DNA of 64,000 nt, taken from assembly GCA_964349945.1 (NCBI GenBank), contig CAYGIH010000001.1, forward strand, positions 3,934 to 67,933. The letters run 5' to 3'. The position numbers and the translations under genes are program-made. This document shows, in pieces, positions 9,004 through 18,294 of this stretch. This DNA is from an uncultured Candidatus Saccharibacteria bacterium (GTDB taxonomy: Bacteria; Patescibacteriota; Minisyncoccia; Phycocordibacterales; Zambryskibacteraceae). A model generated the notes under the pieces. It worked only from the letters and a program-made list of their open reading frames with translations, had not been told where the DNA came from and ran no database searches. How positions within the stretch are numbered: the stretch's first letter is position 1; each line of letters opens with the position of its first letter.

Positions 9004-10161
9004 ATGGAACAAGGTGAACTAAAGGTTTTAATGATTAGCACAGATAGGAAAATCCTTGAGGAGGGTAGCGCTGTGCGTGAGCGTATGAAGGAATACGGTA
9101 AGTTGGTCACAGAACTTCATATTGTTTTACTTTCTGATAAGGCACATAAATTAGTTGAGACAACTTTAGATAAAAATGTTTGGGTTTATCCTACAAACTC
9201 GAGTTCAAAATGGTTTCGCTCAAGTGGTGCTGCCACTTTAGGTAAGAAGATTGTTTTAGAAAAGAAATTTGTGCGTGGTCAATCGGTCATCACCACCCAA
9301 GATCCTTTTGAGTGCGGCCGGGCGGGTTTGAAAGTGAAAAATAAATGGCGAATACCTTTGGAAGTTCAACTTCATACTGATCCTTCTTCTCCATACTTTA
9401 GTGGTTTTTTAAATTTTATAAGGAAATATATTGCGAGGGATGTGATAAAGCATGCGGACACTATCCGTGTAGTGAGTGAGAAGGTGGGTGAAGATATTGC
9501 GAGCTCCTATAAGATAGACAAGAAAAATATAAAAGTACTTCCTATATATATAGACAGAGAGAAGATTGAAACTGGGGCAGTAAAGTTTGATTTGCACACA
9601 AGGTTCGGTTGGGGCTTTGTGCTTTTGGCTGTCTCAAGGCTTAGTGAAGAGAAAAATATAAGTATGATGCTTGAAGTTTTGAAAAAGATTTTACCTTTTT
9701 ATCCAACTACAGGATTAGTGGTTGTTGGTTCTGGTCCAGAAGAAGTAAATCTAAAAAAGAAGGCCAAAGACCTCGGTGTGGATGCTCATGTAGCTTTCGT
9801 TGGATGGCAGGATGAACTTTACACTTATTATCATACTTCAAACGCATTTATCCAGACTTCCTATTTTGAAGGCTACGGACTTTCTTTAGTAGAAGCAGGG
9901 TTGGCGGGGTTGCCTATTGTTTCTACTCCAGTAGGAGTGGCTAATGAACTTGAGAGTGGTGTAGACGCTTATATTTGTCCCCAAAATGATGTTGAGTATA
10001 TGTTTAAAGCAGTTTATGACCTTATAGAAAATAATTCTAAGAGAGAAAGCTTGAGCATAAATATTAAGAACAAAATTCGTTCTAAATTAATTTCTAAGGA
10101 AGATTATTTGGCCAAGATGAAAAGTGCTTGGGCTGAAGCTGCTCTAAAGGTAAATGCATGA
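9004..10161 (+). CDS. Glycosyltransferase family 1
   Basis: 'SYFEGYGLSLVEAGLAGLPIVSTPVGVANEL' is the canonical GT1 motif. Confidence 0.8.
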   Translation: MEQGELKVLMISTDRKILEEGSAVRERMKEYGKLVTELHIVLLSDKAHKLVETTLDKNVWVYPTNSSSKWFRSSGAATLGKKIVLEKKFVRGQSVITTQDPFECGRAGLKVKNKWRIPLEVQLHTDPSSPYFSGFLNFIRKYIARDVIKHADTIRVVSEKVGEDIASSYKIDKKNIKVLPIYIDREKIETGAVKFDLHTRFGWGFVLLAVSRLSEEKNISMMLEVLKKILPFYPTTGLVVVGSGPEEVNLKKKAKDLGVDAHVAFVGWQDELYTYYHTSNAFIQTSYFEGYGLSLVEAGLAGLPIVSTPVGVANELESGVDAYICPQNDVEYMFKAVYDLIENNSKRESLSINIKNKIRSKLISKEDYLAKMKSAWAEAALKVNA

Positions 10162-11204
10162 GACTTTTAATTCTTACTCAGAAAGTAGATAACAAGGATG
10201 ACATTTTAGGATTTTTCCATGAATGGATTAGAGAATTTTCAAAAAATGTAGATTCAATAATAGTCATTTGTTTGTGGAAGGGGGGAGTAGACTTGCCAGA
10301 GAATGTGAAAGTTCTTTCTTTGGGTAAAGAAAATAATTCTTCTAAACTAAAGCAAATTTTTAGTTTCTATAAATATATTTGGCAGGAACGAAAAAATTAT
10401 GATTCAGTTTTTGTACACATGAATCAAATCTATATTATTTTAGGTGGTTGGTTGTGGAAGTTGTGGCACAAAAAGATTGCTCTCTGGTATGTCCATAGAC
10501 AGAAAAATTTTAGTCTTTGGTTAGCTACAAGGTTAGTAAACAATATTTTCACATCATCTTCAGAGAGTTTCACTATAAAGAGTGATAAGGTTTCTTATAT
10601 TGGGCATGGAGTTGATTCTAGTAGATTTAGTATTAATGTTTTTAATAAAGACAATTCGAAAACAAAAATAGTTCATGTAGGTAGAATTTCTGAAATTAAA
10701 GATTTAAAAACTTTGATTTTGGCTGGAGCGATTTTAAAAGAAAAAATAAATAATTTATCCATAGAACTTTATGGTGGTCCGTCGAATGATGTAGATAGAG
10801 TGTATGTAGAGGAATTAAAAAAACTAATCAAGCAGAAAAATCTTGGAAATGTAATTTTGTTTAAAGGTCCAGTTTCGAATAGTGAGATTTCAAGTGTTTA
10901 TGCGGGCGCAAACCTATCTGTGAACATGAGCCCAAAAGGGGGTTGGGACAAGGTAGTTATAGAGTCTTTGATGGCTGAGTGCCCTGTATTTGCCTCAAAT
11001 TTGGCCCTAAAACCGGTGTTTGGAGGGGATAGCGACAAATTCCTGTTTGAGTATAAAAACCCTCAGGATTTGGCTTATAAGATTGAGTCGTTTTTGGCTC
11101 TAGAAAACAAAGAAGAAATCATCAAGGCTCTTCACGACCACGCAGTTGCTGAATATGATTTCAAGAATTTGATAAGGAAAATAACAGCAAAGTTAAATGA
11201 TTAA
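10158..11204 (+). CDS. Glycosyltransferase family 1-like
   Basis: 348-aa ORF with a GT-B like layout and a C-terminal 'VIESLMAECPVFASN' motif. It overlaps its neighbours by 4 nt (ATGA). Confidence 0.6.
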   Translation: MRLLILTQKVDNKDDILGFFHEWIREFSKNVDSIIVICLWKGGVDLPENVKVLSLGKENNSSKLKQIFSFYKYIWQERKNYDSVFVHMNQIYIILGGWLWKLWHKKIALWYVHRQKNFSLWLATRLVNNIFTSSSESFTIKSDKVSYIGHGVDSSRFSINVFNKDNSKTKIVHVGRISEIKDLKTLILAGAILKEKINNLSIELYGGPSNDVDRVYVEELKKLIKQKNLGNVILFKGPVSNSEISSVYAGANLSVNMSPKGGWDKVVIESLMAECPVFASNLALKPVFGGDSDKFLFEYKNPQDLAYKIESFLALENKEEIIKALHDHAVAEYDFKNLIRKITAKLND

Positions 11205-12252
11205 ATACAATATTTATTCTATTCCTAATGAAGTCAGAGGCCTTGAGTATTTGAATTTGTTGTATAAGAACACAATGGGTCAGGATGGTTCAGAAAATAT
11301 ATTTGAACTAAGAAATTTTTCTTGGACGAAAGCTTTTCTAATCTTTAATCATAAGAATGAGAAGAACATTGTTCATATTCATTGGGAGACAAATATATAT
11401 GGGAGTAGATATGCATTGATTTCAATCCTAAGAATGATTTTAAGATTCAGTATACTTTTTGTATTAAAACTTACTGGTATAAAAATTGTTTGGACGATGC
11501 ACAACCTTGAAGCTCATGACTATAAACATAGTGAGATAGATAGATTGGGTAAAAGGATTATGTGGGGAATTGCAGACAGGGTAATCATTCAAGAAAAAAA
11601 AATTGTAGAAGACAAAAACAATAAAAAAGTGGTTTGGATTCCCCAAGGTAATTATGTTGGGGTTTACGGAGAGTTATCAAAAGTAGATCAAAAAGTTTTA
11701 AAGAAACAAAATGGTTTTGATGAGAACAGCATTTTACTCTTGGCCTTAGGCAGCATTCGTCCATATAAAGCATTGTCTAAACTTATTGAGCAAATTGAGA
11801 TTGCAGTTAATCAAGGAGCAAAAATACATTTATTGATTGCTGGCAAATTAGCGGATGATTATAAGGAAGTTATGGAAGAAGCAGTGAGGGGGAAAAATTT
11901 TATAACTTTGAAAGCCGGTTTTGTGCCTGACAAAGAAATTCCAAGTATTTTGAATATGGCCGATTATACGATTTATTATTATAGTAAATCTTCTCTGTCT
12001 TCTGCGGCTATGATTATGTCTCTCTCTTATGGCACACCAGTCATCACCAGAGACATCCCAGCTTCAGAAATGGTTCAAGAAGGAATAAACGGATTTATTT
12101 ACAAAAATGATGATGAATTAATCAGATTATTAAAAAATTTGAAAAGTAAATCATATTTTAAAATTGAAAATGTGGTATCAACTATAGAGGATCAAAGTTG
12201 GGGTAGAGTAGCCAAGGAGCTACGAGAGTTATATATTAATCTATACAAGTAA
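11197..12252 (+). CDS. Glycosyltransferase family 1-like
   Basis: 351-aa ORF. 'SLSYGTPVITRDIPASEMVQEGINGFIY' is GT1-type. Confidence 0.55.
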   Translation: MIKYNIYSIPNEVRGLEYLNLLYKNTMGQDGSENIFELRNFSWTKAFLIFNHKNEKNIVHIHWETNIYGSRYALISILRMILRFSILFVLKLTGIKIVWTMHNLEAHDYKHSEIDRLGKRIMWGIADRVIIQEKKIVEDKNNKKVVWIPQGNYVGVYGELSKVDQKVLKKQNGFDENSILLLALGSIRPYKALSKLIEQIEIAVNQGAKIHLLIAGKLADDYKEVMEEAVRGKNFITLKAGFVPDKEIPSILNMADYTIYYYSKSSLSSAAMIMSLSYGTPVITRDIPASEMVQEGINGFIYKNDDELIRLLKNLKSKSYFKIENVVSTIEDQSWGRVAKELRELYINLYK

Positions 12253-12920
12253 TGCAAAAGTCATTTATCCAAAGAGTGTGGCCATTTATTAAGGCCCGTT
12301 TTGCTCCTCGAGGAGCAAGGATTTCCTTTTCTCAATACGGAGAAGATTTGATAATTGAAGATATTTTAAAGAAAGAAGGAATTAAAGAAATAACTTATAT
12401 AGACATAGGCACACATCACCCATATTTTGGGAACAATACTTATCTTTTTTATAAATCAGGAGGCAGAGGGGTTTTGGTTGAACCTAATAGTGAGATGTGT
12501 GATGTGATAAAAAACAAAAGACCCAAGGATATTTGTCTAAATGCGGGGGTTGGGGCACGAGATGGGGAAGCGGATTTTTATGAATTTACCCAAAGCACCA
12601 GAGATACTTTTTCAAAAATTGATGCAGAAGAACAAGAGAAGAGAGTTGGCGAGAAGGCCAAGATAAAAAAACGAGAAATAATTTCTTTAAATACAATAGT
12701 GGATAAATACTTTGAGGATAAAAACATTTCTCTGGTTTCTATAGATGCAGAAGGTTTAGATTATGAAATTCTTTCAAATTTTAATTTTTCTAAAAGACCA
12801 AAGGTTTTCTGTGTTGAATCAAATAATGAAGATAAGAAAGTTGAAGACCTAATGCATGGAAAAGGTTATGAATGTGTAGCTAAAATTTTCCAAAACGCTA
12901 TATTCGTAGATAAAAAATAA
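12252..12920 (+). CDS. FkbM-family methyltransferase
   Basis: 'SQYGEDLIIEDIL....YIDIGTHHPYFGNNT...GVGARDGEADFYEF' is typical of FkbM-type SAM methyltransferases. Confidence 0.7.
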   Translation: MQKSFIQRVWPFIKARFAPRGARISFSQYGEDLIIEDILKKEGIKEITYIDIGTHHPYFGNNTYLFYKSGGRGVLVEPNSEMCDVIKNKRPKDICLNAGVGARDGEADFYEFTQSTRDTFSKIDAEEQEKRVGEKAKIKKREIISLNTIVDKYFEDKNISLVSIDAEGLDYEILSNFNFSKRPKVFCVESNNEDKKVEDLMHGKGYECVAKIFQNAIFVDKK

Positions 12921-13690
12921 TGAAACTTGTCGCTATCCTTAGGATTAAAGATCAGATGTTGACCATAGATGCTTGTTTATCCAAGCTCTCTGATCTAGTG
13001 GATGAGATAGTGATAGTTGATAATGGTTCAACTGATGGCACATTGGAGGCTTACAAAAAATATCCAAAAATAGTGAAAGTGTTAGAAACCGTTGGATTTG
13101 ATGAGGGAAGAGATAAAATCATGGTTCATGAGGAGGCTAAGGGGAGGAATCCAGATTGGATACTTTGGATAGATGGAGATGAAGTTTTTGAAGCTCATCT
13201 AACCAGAGAGGTTTTAGACGGTTATATGAATTCAAAATATAATCGTATTAGTTTTAGAATGTGTAACTTTTGGTTGAGCGACAAGAAGTGTAGATATGAT
13301 AGTGAGTATTATCTATATACCCTTCACCCGCAGAGGAGTATGTGGAGAAACGTAGAAAGTGCTTATTTTAGAAATATGGTTATCCATAATGGAGACATCC
13401 AAGGAGTGCTGGGCAAGGCTTATATTTCTCCGTACAGAATCAAGCATTATGGTTATGTATACAAACAGAAGATAGAAGATAAAATCAAAATTTATAAAGC
13501 TGCAGACAAAGGAGACGAAAGAGATTACGATCATACATTAAGAGGGATGATTAAATATAAAACTTTCAGATTTTTTGAATTCAAAAATAAGTATTTAAAC
13601 TTGGTTTATATTTATTTTTATAAATATTTTTGTAATCTCTTGTGGCTTTTTGAACGTTTGAGGCTTAAAATAATCAAACTTTTAAAATGA
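12920..13690 (+). CDS. Glycosyltransferase family 2
   Basis: 'IVIVDNGSTDGT' and a 'DGDE' (DxD) motif. Confidence 0.7.
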   Translation: MKLVAILRIKDQMLTIDACLSKLSDLVDEIVIVDNGSTDGTLEAYKKYPKIVKVLETVGFDEGRDKIMVHEEAKGRNPDWILWIDGDEVFEAHLTREVLDGYMNSKYNRISFRMCNFWLSDKKCRYDSEYYLYTLHPQRSMWRNVESAYFRNMVIHNGDIQGVLGKAYISPYRIKHYGYVYKQKIEDKIKIYKAADKGDERDYDHTLRGMIKYKTFRFFEFKNKYLNLVYIYFYKYFCNLLWLFERLRLKIIKLLK

Positions 13691-14592
13691 ATAATCCTAA
13701 ATGCATAATCGATGGGGAAGAGGCTGTTTTTCTACTCAAGAAAGACGGTTTTGATGAGTATATTTGTTCTAAATGCGGTTTGTCCTTTGTCCATCCTCAA
13801 CCTACTGCAGAGTGGCTTAAAGACGAAATATATTCCTCAAAGTCAGGATACCAAGGAAATAAAACTATTGATTTATCTATAGAGAAAGAAGGGAAAAGGT
13901 TTGGGCGACCTCTTGATTATGTGGCGAAGAGAAAACCAAATGGAAAGATGCTTGATGTTGGGTGTTCTAGTGGCCAGGTGATGTATTGGGCTAGGAAAAA
14001 GGGCTTGAATCCAAGCGGTGTGGAGATCAATAAACGTACGGCTGATTTAGCAATCCAAAATGGTTTTCAGGTGTTCAATGGATTTTTGGCCGATGCAGAT
14101 TATTCAAAGGGGAGTTTCGATTTGATTTTCTTGGGTGATGTCTTAGAGCATGTGAACAATCCCAGGCAGTTTATAAAGGAAGCAAAATCTTTTTTAAAGA
14201 ATGACGGATTAATCATAGTCTCTACTCCAAATATAAATTGCTTTTGGTCCAAAGCAACTCTTTGGTTATACAGAGCATTTAACATTCCTTGGACCTCGGC
14301 GACTCCACCTCATCATCTTTTTCAATTCAGCTATGAAAATTTGAACATTCTTATGAAAGAATTTGATTTTGAACCAGAAAAAGTTTTCTATTTACCGCCA
14401 CCAAGTTTAAAGTACGAATTGGGTTCACTTCATTTATATAAAAGATATAAACAAGAGAGAAGTTTAAAGAATTTGTTTTATATGATTTTTGCCTTTAGTT
14501 TATATACTATTGTGTATGGATTAAATTGGTTGAAATTCATTTTTATAAAGAAAGATTTTCAGATGACAGTGGTGTATAGTTTGAGTAAATAA
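13687..14592 (+). CDS. Class I SAM-dependent methyltransferase
   Basis: 'MLDVGCSSGQV' (motif I) and 'DLIFLGDVLEHVNNP'. Confidence 0.7.
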   Translation: MNNPKCIIDGEEAVFLLKKDGFDEYICSKCGLSFVHPQPTAEWLKDEIYSSKSGYQGNKTIDLSIEKEGKRFGRPLDYVAKRKPNGKMLDVGCSSGQVMYWARKKGLNPSGVEINKRTADLAIQNGFQVFNGFLADADYSKGSFDLIFLGDVLEHVNNPRQFIKEAKSFLKNDGLIIVSTPNINCFWSKATLWLYRAFNIPWTSATPPHHLFQFSYENLNILMKEFDFEPEKVFYLPPPSLKYELGSLHLYKRYKQERSLKNLFYMIFAFSLYTIVYGLNWLKFIFIKKDFQMTVVYSLSK

Positions 14593-14593
14593 T

Positions 14594-15271
14594 ATGGATG
14601 AAAAAGAGGCCTTATTTAAGAAAATAGATGGTTCGACAACCTTTAGGAATATTTGCGATACTTTTGGTCTAAGAGAGAAAAAAGTTCTAGATATTGGGAG
14701 TGGGTTTGGGCATTACCTCAGACATTTTGGGAGGGGGAGTATTGGGGTAACCACCTCTCTTCTTGAAGTAGATTTTGGTAAAAAGAATAATTTGGATATT
14801 GTTTTTGGTAATGCAGAATTCCTTGAAGAGAAAAATTTTGATGCTACTTTTGATGCTTTTTGGGCCAACAATCTTTTTGAACATCTTCTTTCACCTCATG
14901 CATTTCTAATGAATCTAAAAAAGTTAGCCAAAGATGATGCAGTGGTTATTCTAGGGGTACCCGTTGTACCTATCTTTCCTTGGTTATTAAATCTCAAATG
15001 GTGGAGAGGGCCACTCGCTTCTAATCATGTGAACTTTTTTAACAACACCACTCTAAGGTTAACTACACAGTACGCAGGTTGGGATTTGCTTGCAGTTAGA
15101 CCTTTTATATTCAAGAATAAGTTTCTTGATATACTAATTCGACCGTTTGCTCCACATATATATGTGGTGGCCAAGAATAAGGTAGATTTTAAGTATCCGC
15201 TTAAGAAAATCCATGAATGGGAGAGTGACAAACATTACAAAGATTTACTTAGTATTACTAAGCAGATTTAA
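14594..15271 (+). CDS. Class I SAM-dependent methyltransferase
   Basis: 'VLDIGSGFGHY' (motif I) and 'NNLFEHL'. Confidence 0.6.
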   Translation: MDEKEALFKKIDGSTTFRNICDTFGLREKKVLDIGSGFGHYLRHFGRGSIGVTTSLLEVDFGKKNNLDIVFGNAEFLEEKNFDATFDAFWANNLFEHLLSPHAFLMNLKKLAKDDAVVILGVPVVPIFPWLLNLKWWRGPLASNHVNFFNNTTLRLTTQYAGWDLLAVRPFIFKNKFLDILIRPFAPHIYVVAKNKVDFKYPLKKIHEWESDKHYKDLLSITKQI

Positions 15272-15274
15272 TTT

Positions 15275-15961
15275 ATGAATCACTTTGATAACATACTTTC
15301 ATATACACCTGATTTATCAAAGAGAAATATTTTAGATGTAGGAGCAGGTAAGGGCAAATTTGTTATTGAGGGTACAAAACTTGGTTATAAAATTACAGGG
15401 GTAGAATATAACATTGAAAATGTAAATCTAGCAAAAAAAACAGCCAACAATCTCGGGATAGATATAAGTATTATTCAGGGTGAAGCGGAACACCTACCAT
15501 TTCCTGATAAAATCTTTGATTTTATAAATTTTTCAGAAGTTATAGAACATGTGAATAGCCCTGAAGAGACATTAAGAGAAGCTTTTCGTGTTTTAAATAA
15601 TGGAGGGGATGTTTATATTTCTGTACCTTGTAGATATTCTTGGTATGACCCACATTTTCATTTGGCGTTTGTTAATTGGTTGCCTAGAAATTTGTCTGAT
15701 TTTTATATTTCAGTTTTTAGTAAACATAAAGATTATAAGGGCGAATCCGGACATCAAAGACTTTCAGAAATGCATTATTATACTTACAACGATTTTGTAT
15801 ATCTAGCAAAAGATACAGGTTTTCAAATTGAAGATATAAGAAAGTTAAAAATTAAAAAAAGATTTGCTAATAAAATAGTTAGAGCTATGGTTGAGAGTGT
15901 GTATTTCTTAATTAGATCTTGGTATTTTAGGGCTTTTCATTTTAAACTCCATAAAATATAA
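15275..15961 (+). CDS. Class I SAM-dependent methyltransferase (Methyltransf_11-like)
   Basis: 'ILDVGAGKGKF' and 'FDFINFSEVIEHVNSPEE'. Confidence 0.75.
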   Translation: MNHFDNILSYTPDLSKRNILDVGAGKGKFVIEGTKLGYKITGVEYNIENVNLAKKTANNLGIDISIIQGEAEHLPFPDKIFDFINFSEVIEHVNSPEETLREAFRVLNNGGDVYISVPCRYSWYDPHFHLAFVNWLPRNLSDFYISVFSKHKDYKGESGHQRLSEMHYYTYNDFVYLAKDTGFQIEDIRKLKIKKRFANKIVRAMVESVYFLIRSWYFRAFHFKLHKI

Positions 15962-15965
15962 AAAT

Positions 15966-17024
15966 ATGAAAATTGGTTATTTATTACACACTATGAATGA
16001 AAAGAGAGGGGATGGTCGTTTTTCTTCAGATATTATCAATGAGGTTATTTCAAGAGGTCACGAAGTTATCGTTTTAAAGGCGATTAATGATGGATTGATG
16101 GGAGAAGTAATTCTTGACCGAGGTATAAACATTTTTAAATCATTATCACAAATCAGGAATTTATTAAAAGATTGTGACATTATCCATGCAATAGATCCTT
16201 ATCCATATGGAGTAATTGGTTGGTTGGTAAATAGAAAATTAAAAAAGAAATTCATTATTAGTGCTTTAGGAACTTATGCTGTGGCTCCACTTTATAGATG
16301 GCAAACTTCATTTTTAGTTAGACAAGCATACAAAAGTGCTTATAAGGTTGTAGCTATTAGTAAATTCACTAAAAGTAAAATTTTAGAAAAATTAAAGCTG
16401 GATAATATTTTAGTTATTAATCCGGGGATAAAATTATCCAATGAAAATCCAAAGAGAGTCGAGTCAAATGAAAAATTTATTCTTGGAGTTGGAGCTTTGA
16501 AAGAGAGAAAGGGATATCACATCGCATTAAGGGCTTTCTCGCAGATTTCCAAAGAATTTCCAGATTTGAGGTACGTGATTGTAGCTGACCCAGATAGGGC
16601 TTATAGAGAAATATTGGATAATATTGTAAAGAAAAATAATCTTGAGGGTAGAGTAGATTTTTTAAGTTTTATTTCAGAAGAAAAATTAGTTGAATTATAT
16701 TCAAGTGCTACTTTGTTTACTTTAACTTCTATCAATACTGCAGGCATTCACTTTGAGGGTTTTGGTTTGGTGTATTTAGAGGCGGCAAGTTTTGGCTTGC
16801 CGGTTATAGGGACATTTGACACTGGTGGAGAAGATGCAATAAATAATGGTAAGAACGGTATATTGGTTCATCAGAATAATGTAGAGGAGATCGCAGCGGC
16901 TATGAGAAAGATTCTTTCTGATAAATCTTTGTGGGGACAAATGAGCAAAGAGAGCCTTGAGTGGTCAAAAGTGAATTCTGTTGAAAGGGAAGTAGAAAAA
17001 ATTTTAAATATTTATAATTCATAA
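15966..17024 (+). CDS. Glycosyltransferase family 1
   Basis: 'HFEGFGLVYLEAASFGLPVIGTFDTGGEDAINNGKNG'. Confidence 0.8.
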   Translation: MKIGYLLHTMNEKRGDGRFSSDIINEVISRGHEVIVLKAINDGLMGEVILDRGINIFKSLSQIRNLLKDCDIIHAIDPYPYGVIGWLVNRKLKKKFIISALGTYAVAPLYRWQTSFLVRQAYKSAYKVVAISKFTKSKILEKLKLDNILVINPGIKLSNENPKRVESNEKFILGVGALKERKGYHIALRAFSQISKEFPDLRYVIVADPDRAYREILDNIVKKNNLEGRVDFLSFISEEKLVELYSSATLFTLTSINTAGIHFEGFGLVYLEAASFGLPVIGTFDTGGEDAINNGKNGILVHQNNVEEIAAAMRKILSDKSLWGQMSKESLEWSKVNSVEREVEKILNIYNS

Positions 17025-17025
17025 A

Positions 17026-17670
17026 ATGTATATATTCCAACCAGATAGATATTTATTGGATAAACAGATAAGAAAATTCTCTCATTATATAAAAGGGAAG
17101 GTTTTAGATGTTGGAGCAGGTGAGTTTAATCGATACAGCGGATATTTTAAATATTCGGAATATGTTCGGATGGACCCAAGGCACGTCGAACATGCGGATG
17201 TTGTGGGAAGTGCAGATAATATACCTTTACCGGACGAAAGTTTTGATTCTGTAGTTTGTACTCAAGTGTTTGAACATTTAGAAAATCCACAAAAAAGTGC
17301 TGAAGAGATTTATAGAGTTTTGAGGAAGGGTGGGTATGTTTTATTGACTGTGCCTCAAATGAATGAATTACACGAAGAGCCGTATGACTTTTTTAGATAT
17401 ACAAAATTTGGTTTAAAATCAATGTTTGAAAAGCCTGGGTTTGAAGTAGTGGAGATTGATCAAAGAGGGGGATACTATTCAACCATGGCTCAGATGAGAA
17501 TTCGTCATGCTATAGATAAGTATTCTTTATACAAGAATAAATTTTTAGGTAAAATATTTTCCCCAATATGCAAAATTTATGGCCGTTTTGCAATCTGGAT
17601 GGATAACTTGGATAAAAGTGTTTCAAATACTAAGCATACTATTGGTTGGTGCATCGTTTTAAAAAAATAA
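17026..17670 (+). CDS. Class I SAM-dependent methyltransferase
   Basis: 'VLDVGAGEFNRY' and 'VVCTQVFEHLENPQK'. It is a tandem paralog of the next gene. Confidence 0.7.
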   Translation: MYIFQPDRYLLDKQIRKFSHYIKGKVLDVGAGEFNRYSGYFKYSEYVRMDPRHVEHADVVGSADNIPLPDESFDSVVCTQVFEHLENPQKSAEEIYRVLRKGGYVLLTVPQMNELHEEPYDFFRYTKFGLKSMFEKPGFEVVEIDQRGGYYSTMAQMRIRHAIDKYSLYKNKFLGKIFSPICKIYGRFAIWMDNLDKSVSNTKHTIGWCIVLKK

Positions 17671-17671
17671 T

Positions 17672-18292
17672 ATGAAATCATTTAATAACACCAGAGAAAT
17701 AATAATTCATACCCAAAAATTTGTTCAAGGTAAGACATTGGATTTTGGAGCTGGTACTGCCAAATACAGAGGTTTAATTAAACCAAAAACAAGTGAATAT
17801 ATTACATTTGACATGATGGGGGGTTCAAATATTGATATAGTCGGTGATGTTTTAAATCCTCCTTTTAAAGATGGAGAGTTTGATACTGTTATCTCTACTC
17901 AAGTTTTAGAACATGTTGAGAAGCCGTGGGTTATGATTAATCAAATAGGAAGAATAATAAAACCCGGTGGTATTTGTATTATAACAGCACCTTTTATCGT
18001 CCCTTATCATGCAGATCCGTATGATTTTTTTAGATATACAGAAACTGGATTAACAAGTATGTTTAAAAATGAAAATTTCGAAATTGTTGAAAGCGGTAGC
18101 TATGGCAAAATATTCGGAGTACTTTCAGAAATGATTCACTTCTCTTTGTTTAGTCCTTATGAGGAGAGAGGAAAAAAATTGTTATCCAAAAGAATTATTA
18201 TGAGAATAGAAAAAATAGCTAGATTTCTTGATAAATTTGTTAAAAATAAAGTAATTTATTCTAATGTTTACGTTGTGGCAAGAAAAAAATAA
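17672..18292 (+). CDS. Class I SAM-dependent methyltransferase
   Basis: 'TLDFGAGTAKY', 'TVISTQVLEHVEKP' and 'DPYDFFRYTETGL'. These match the upstream paralog motif for motif. Confidence 0.7.
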   Translation: MKSFNNTREIIIHTQKFVQGKTLDFGAGTAKYRGLIKPKTSEYITFDMMGGSNIDIVGDVLNPPFKDGEFDTVISTQVLEHVEKPWVMINQIGRIIKPGGICIITAPFIVPYHADPYDFFRYTETGLTSMFKNENFEIVESGSYGKIFGVLSEMIHFSLFSPYEERGKKLLSKRIIMRIEKIARFLDKFVKNKVIYSNVYVVARKK

Positions 18293-18294
18293 TT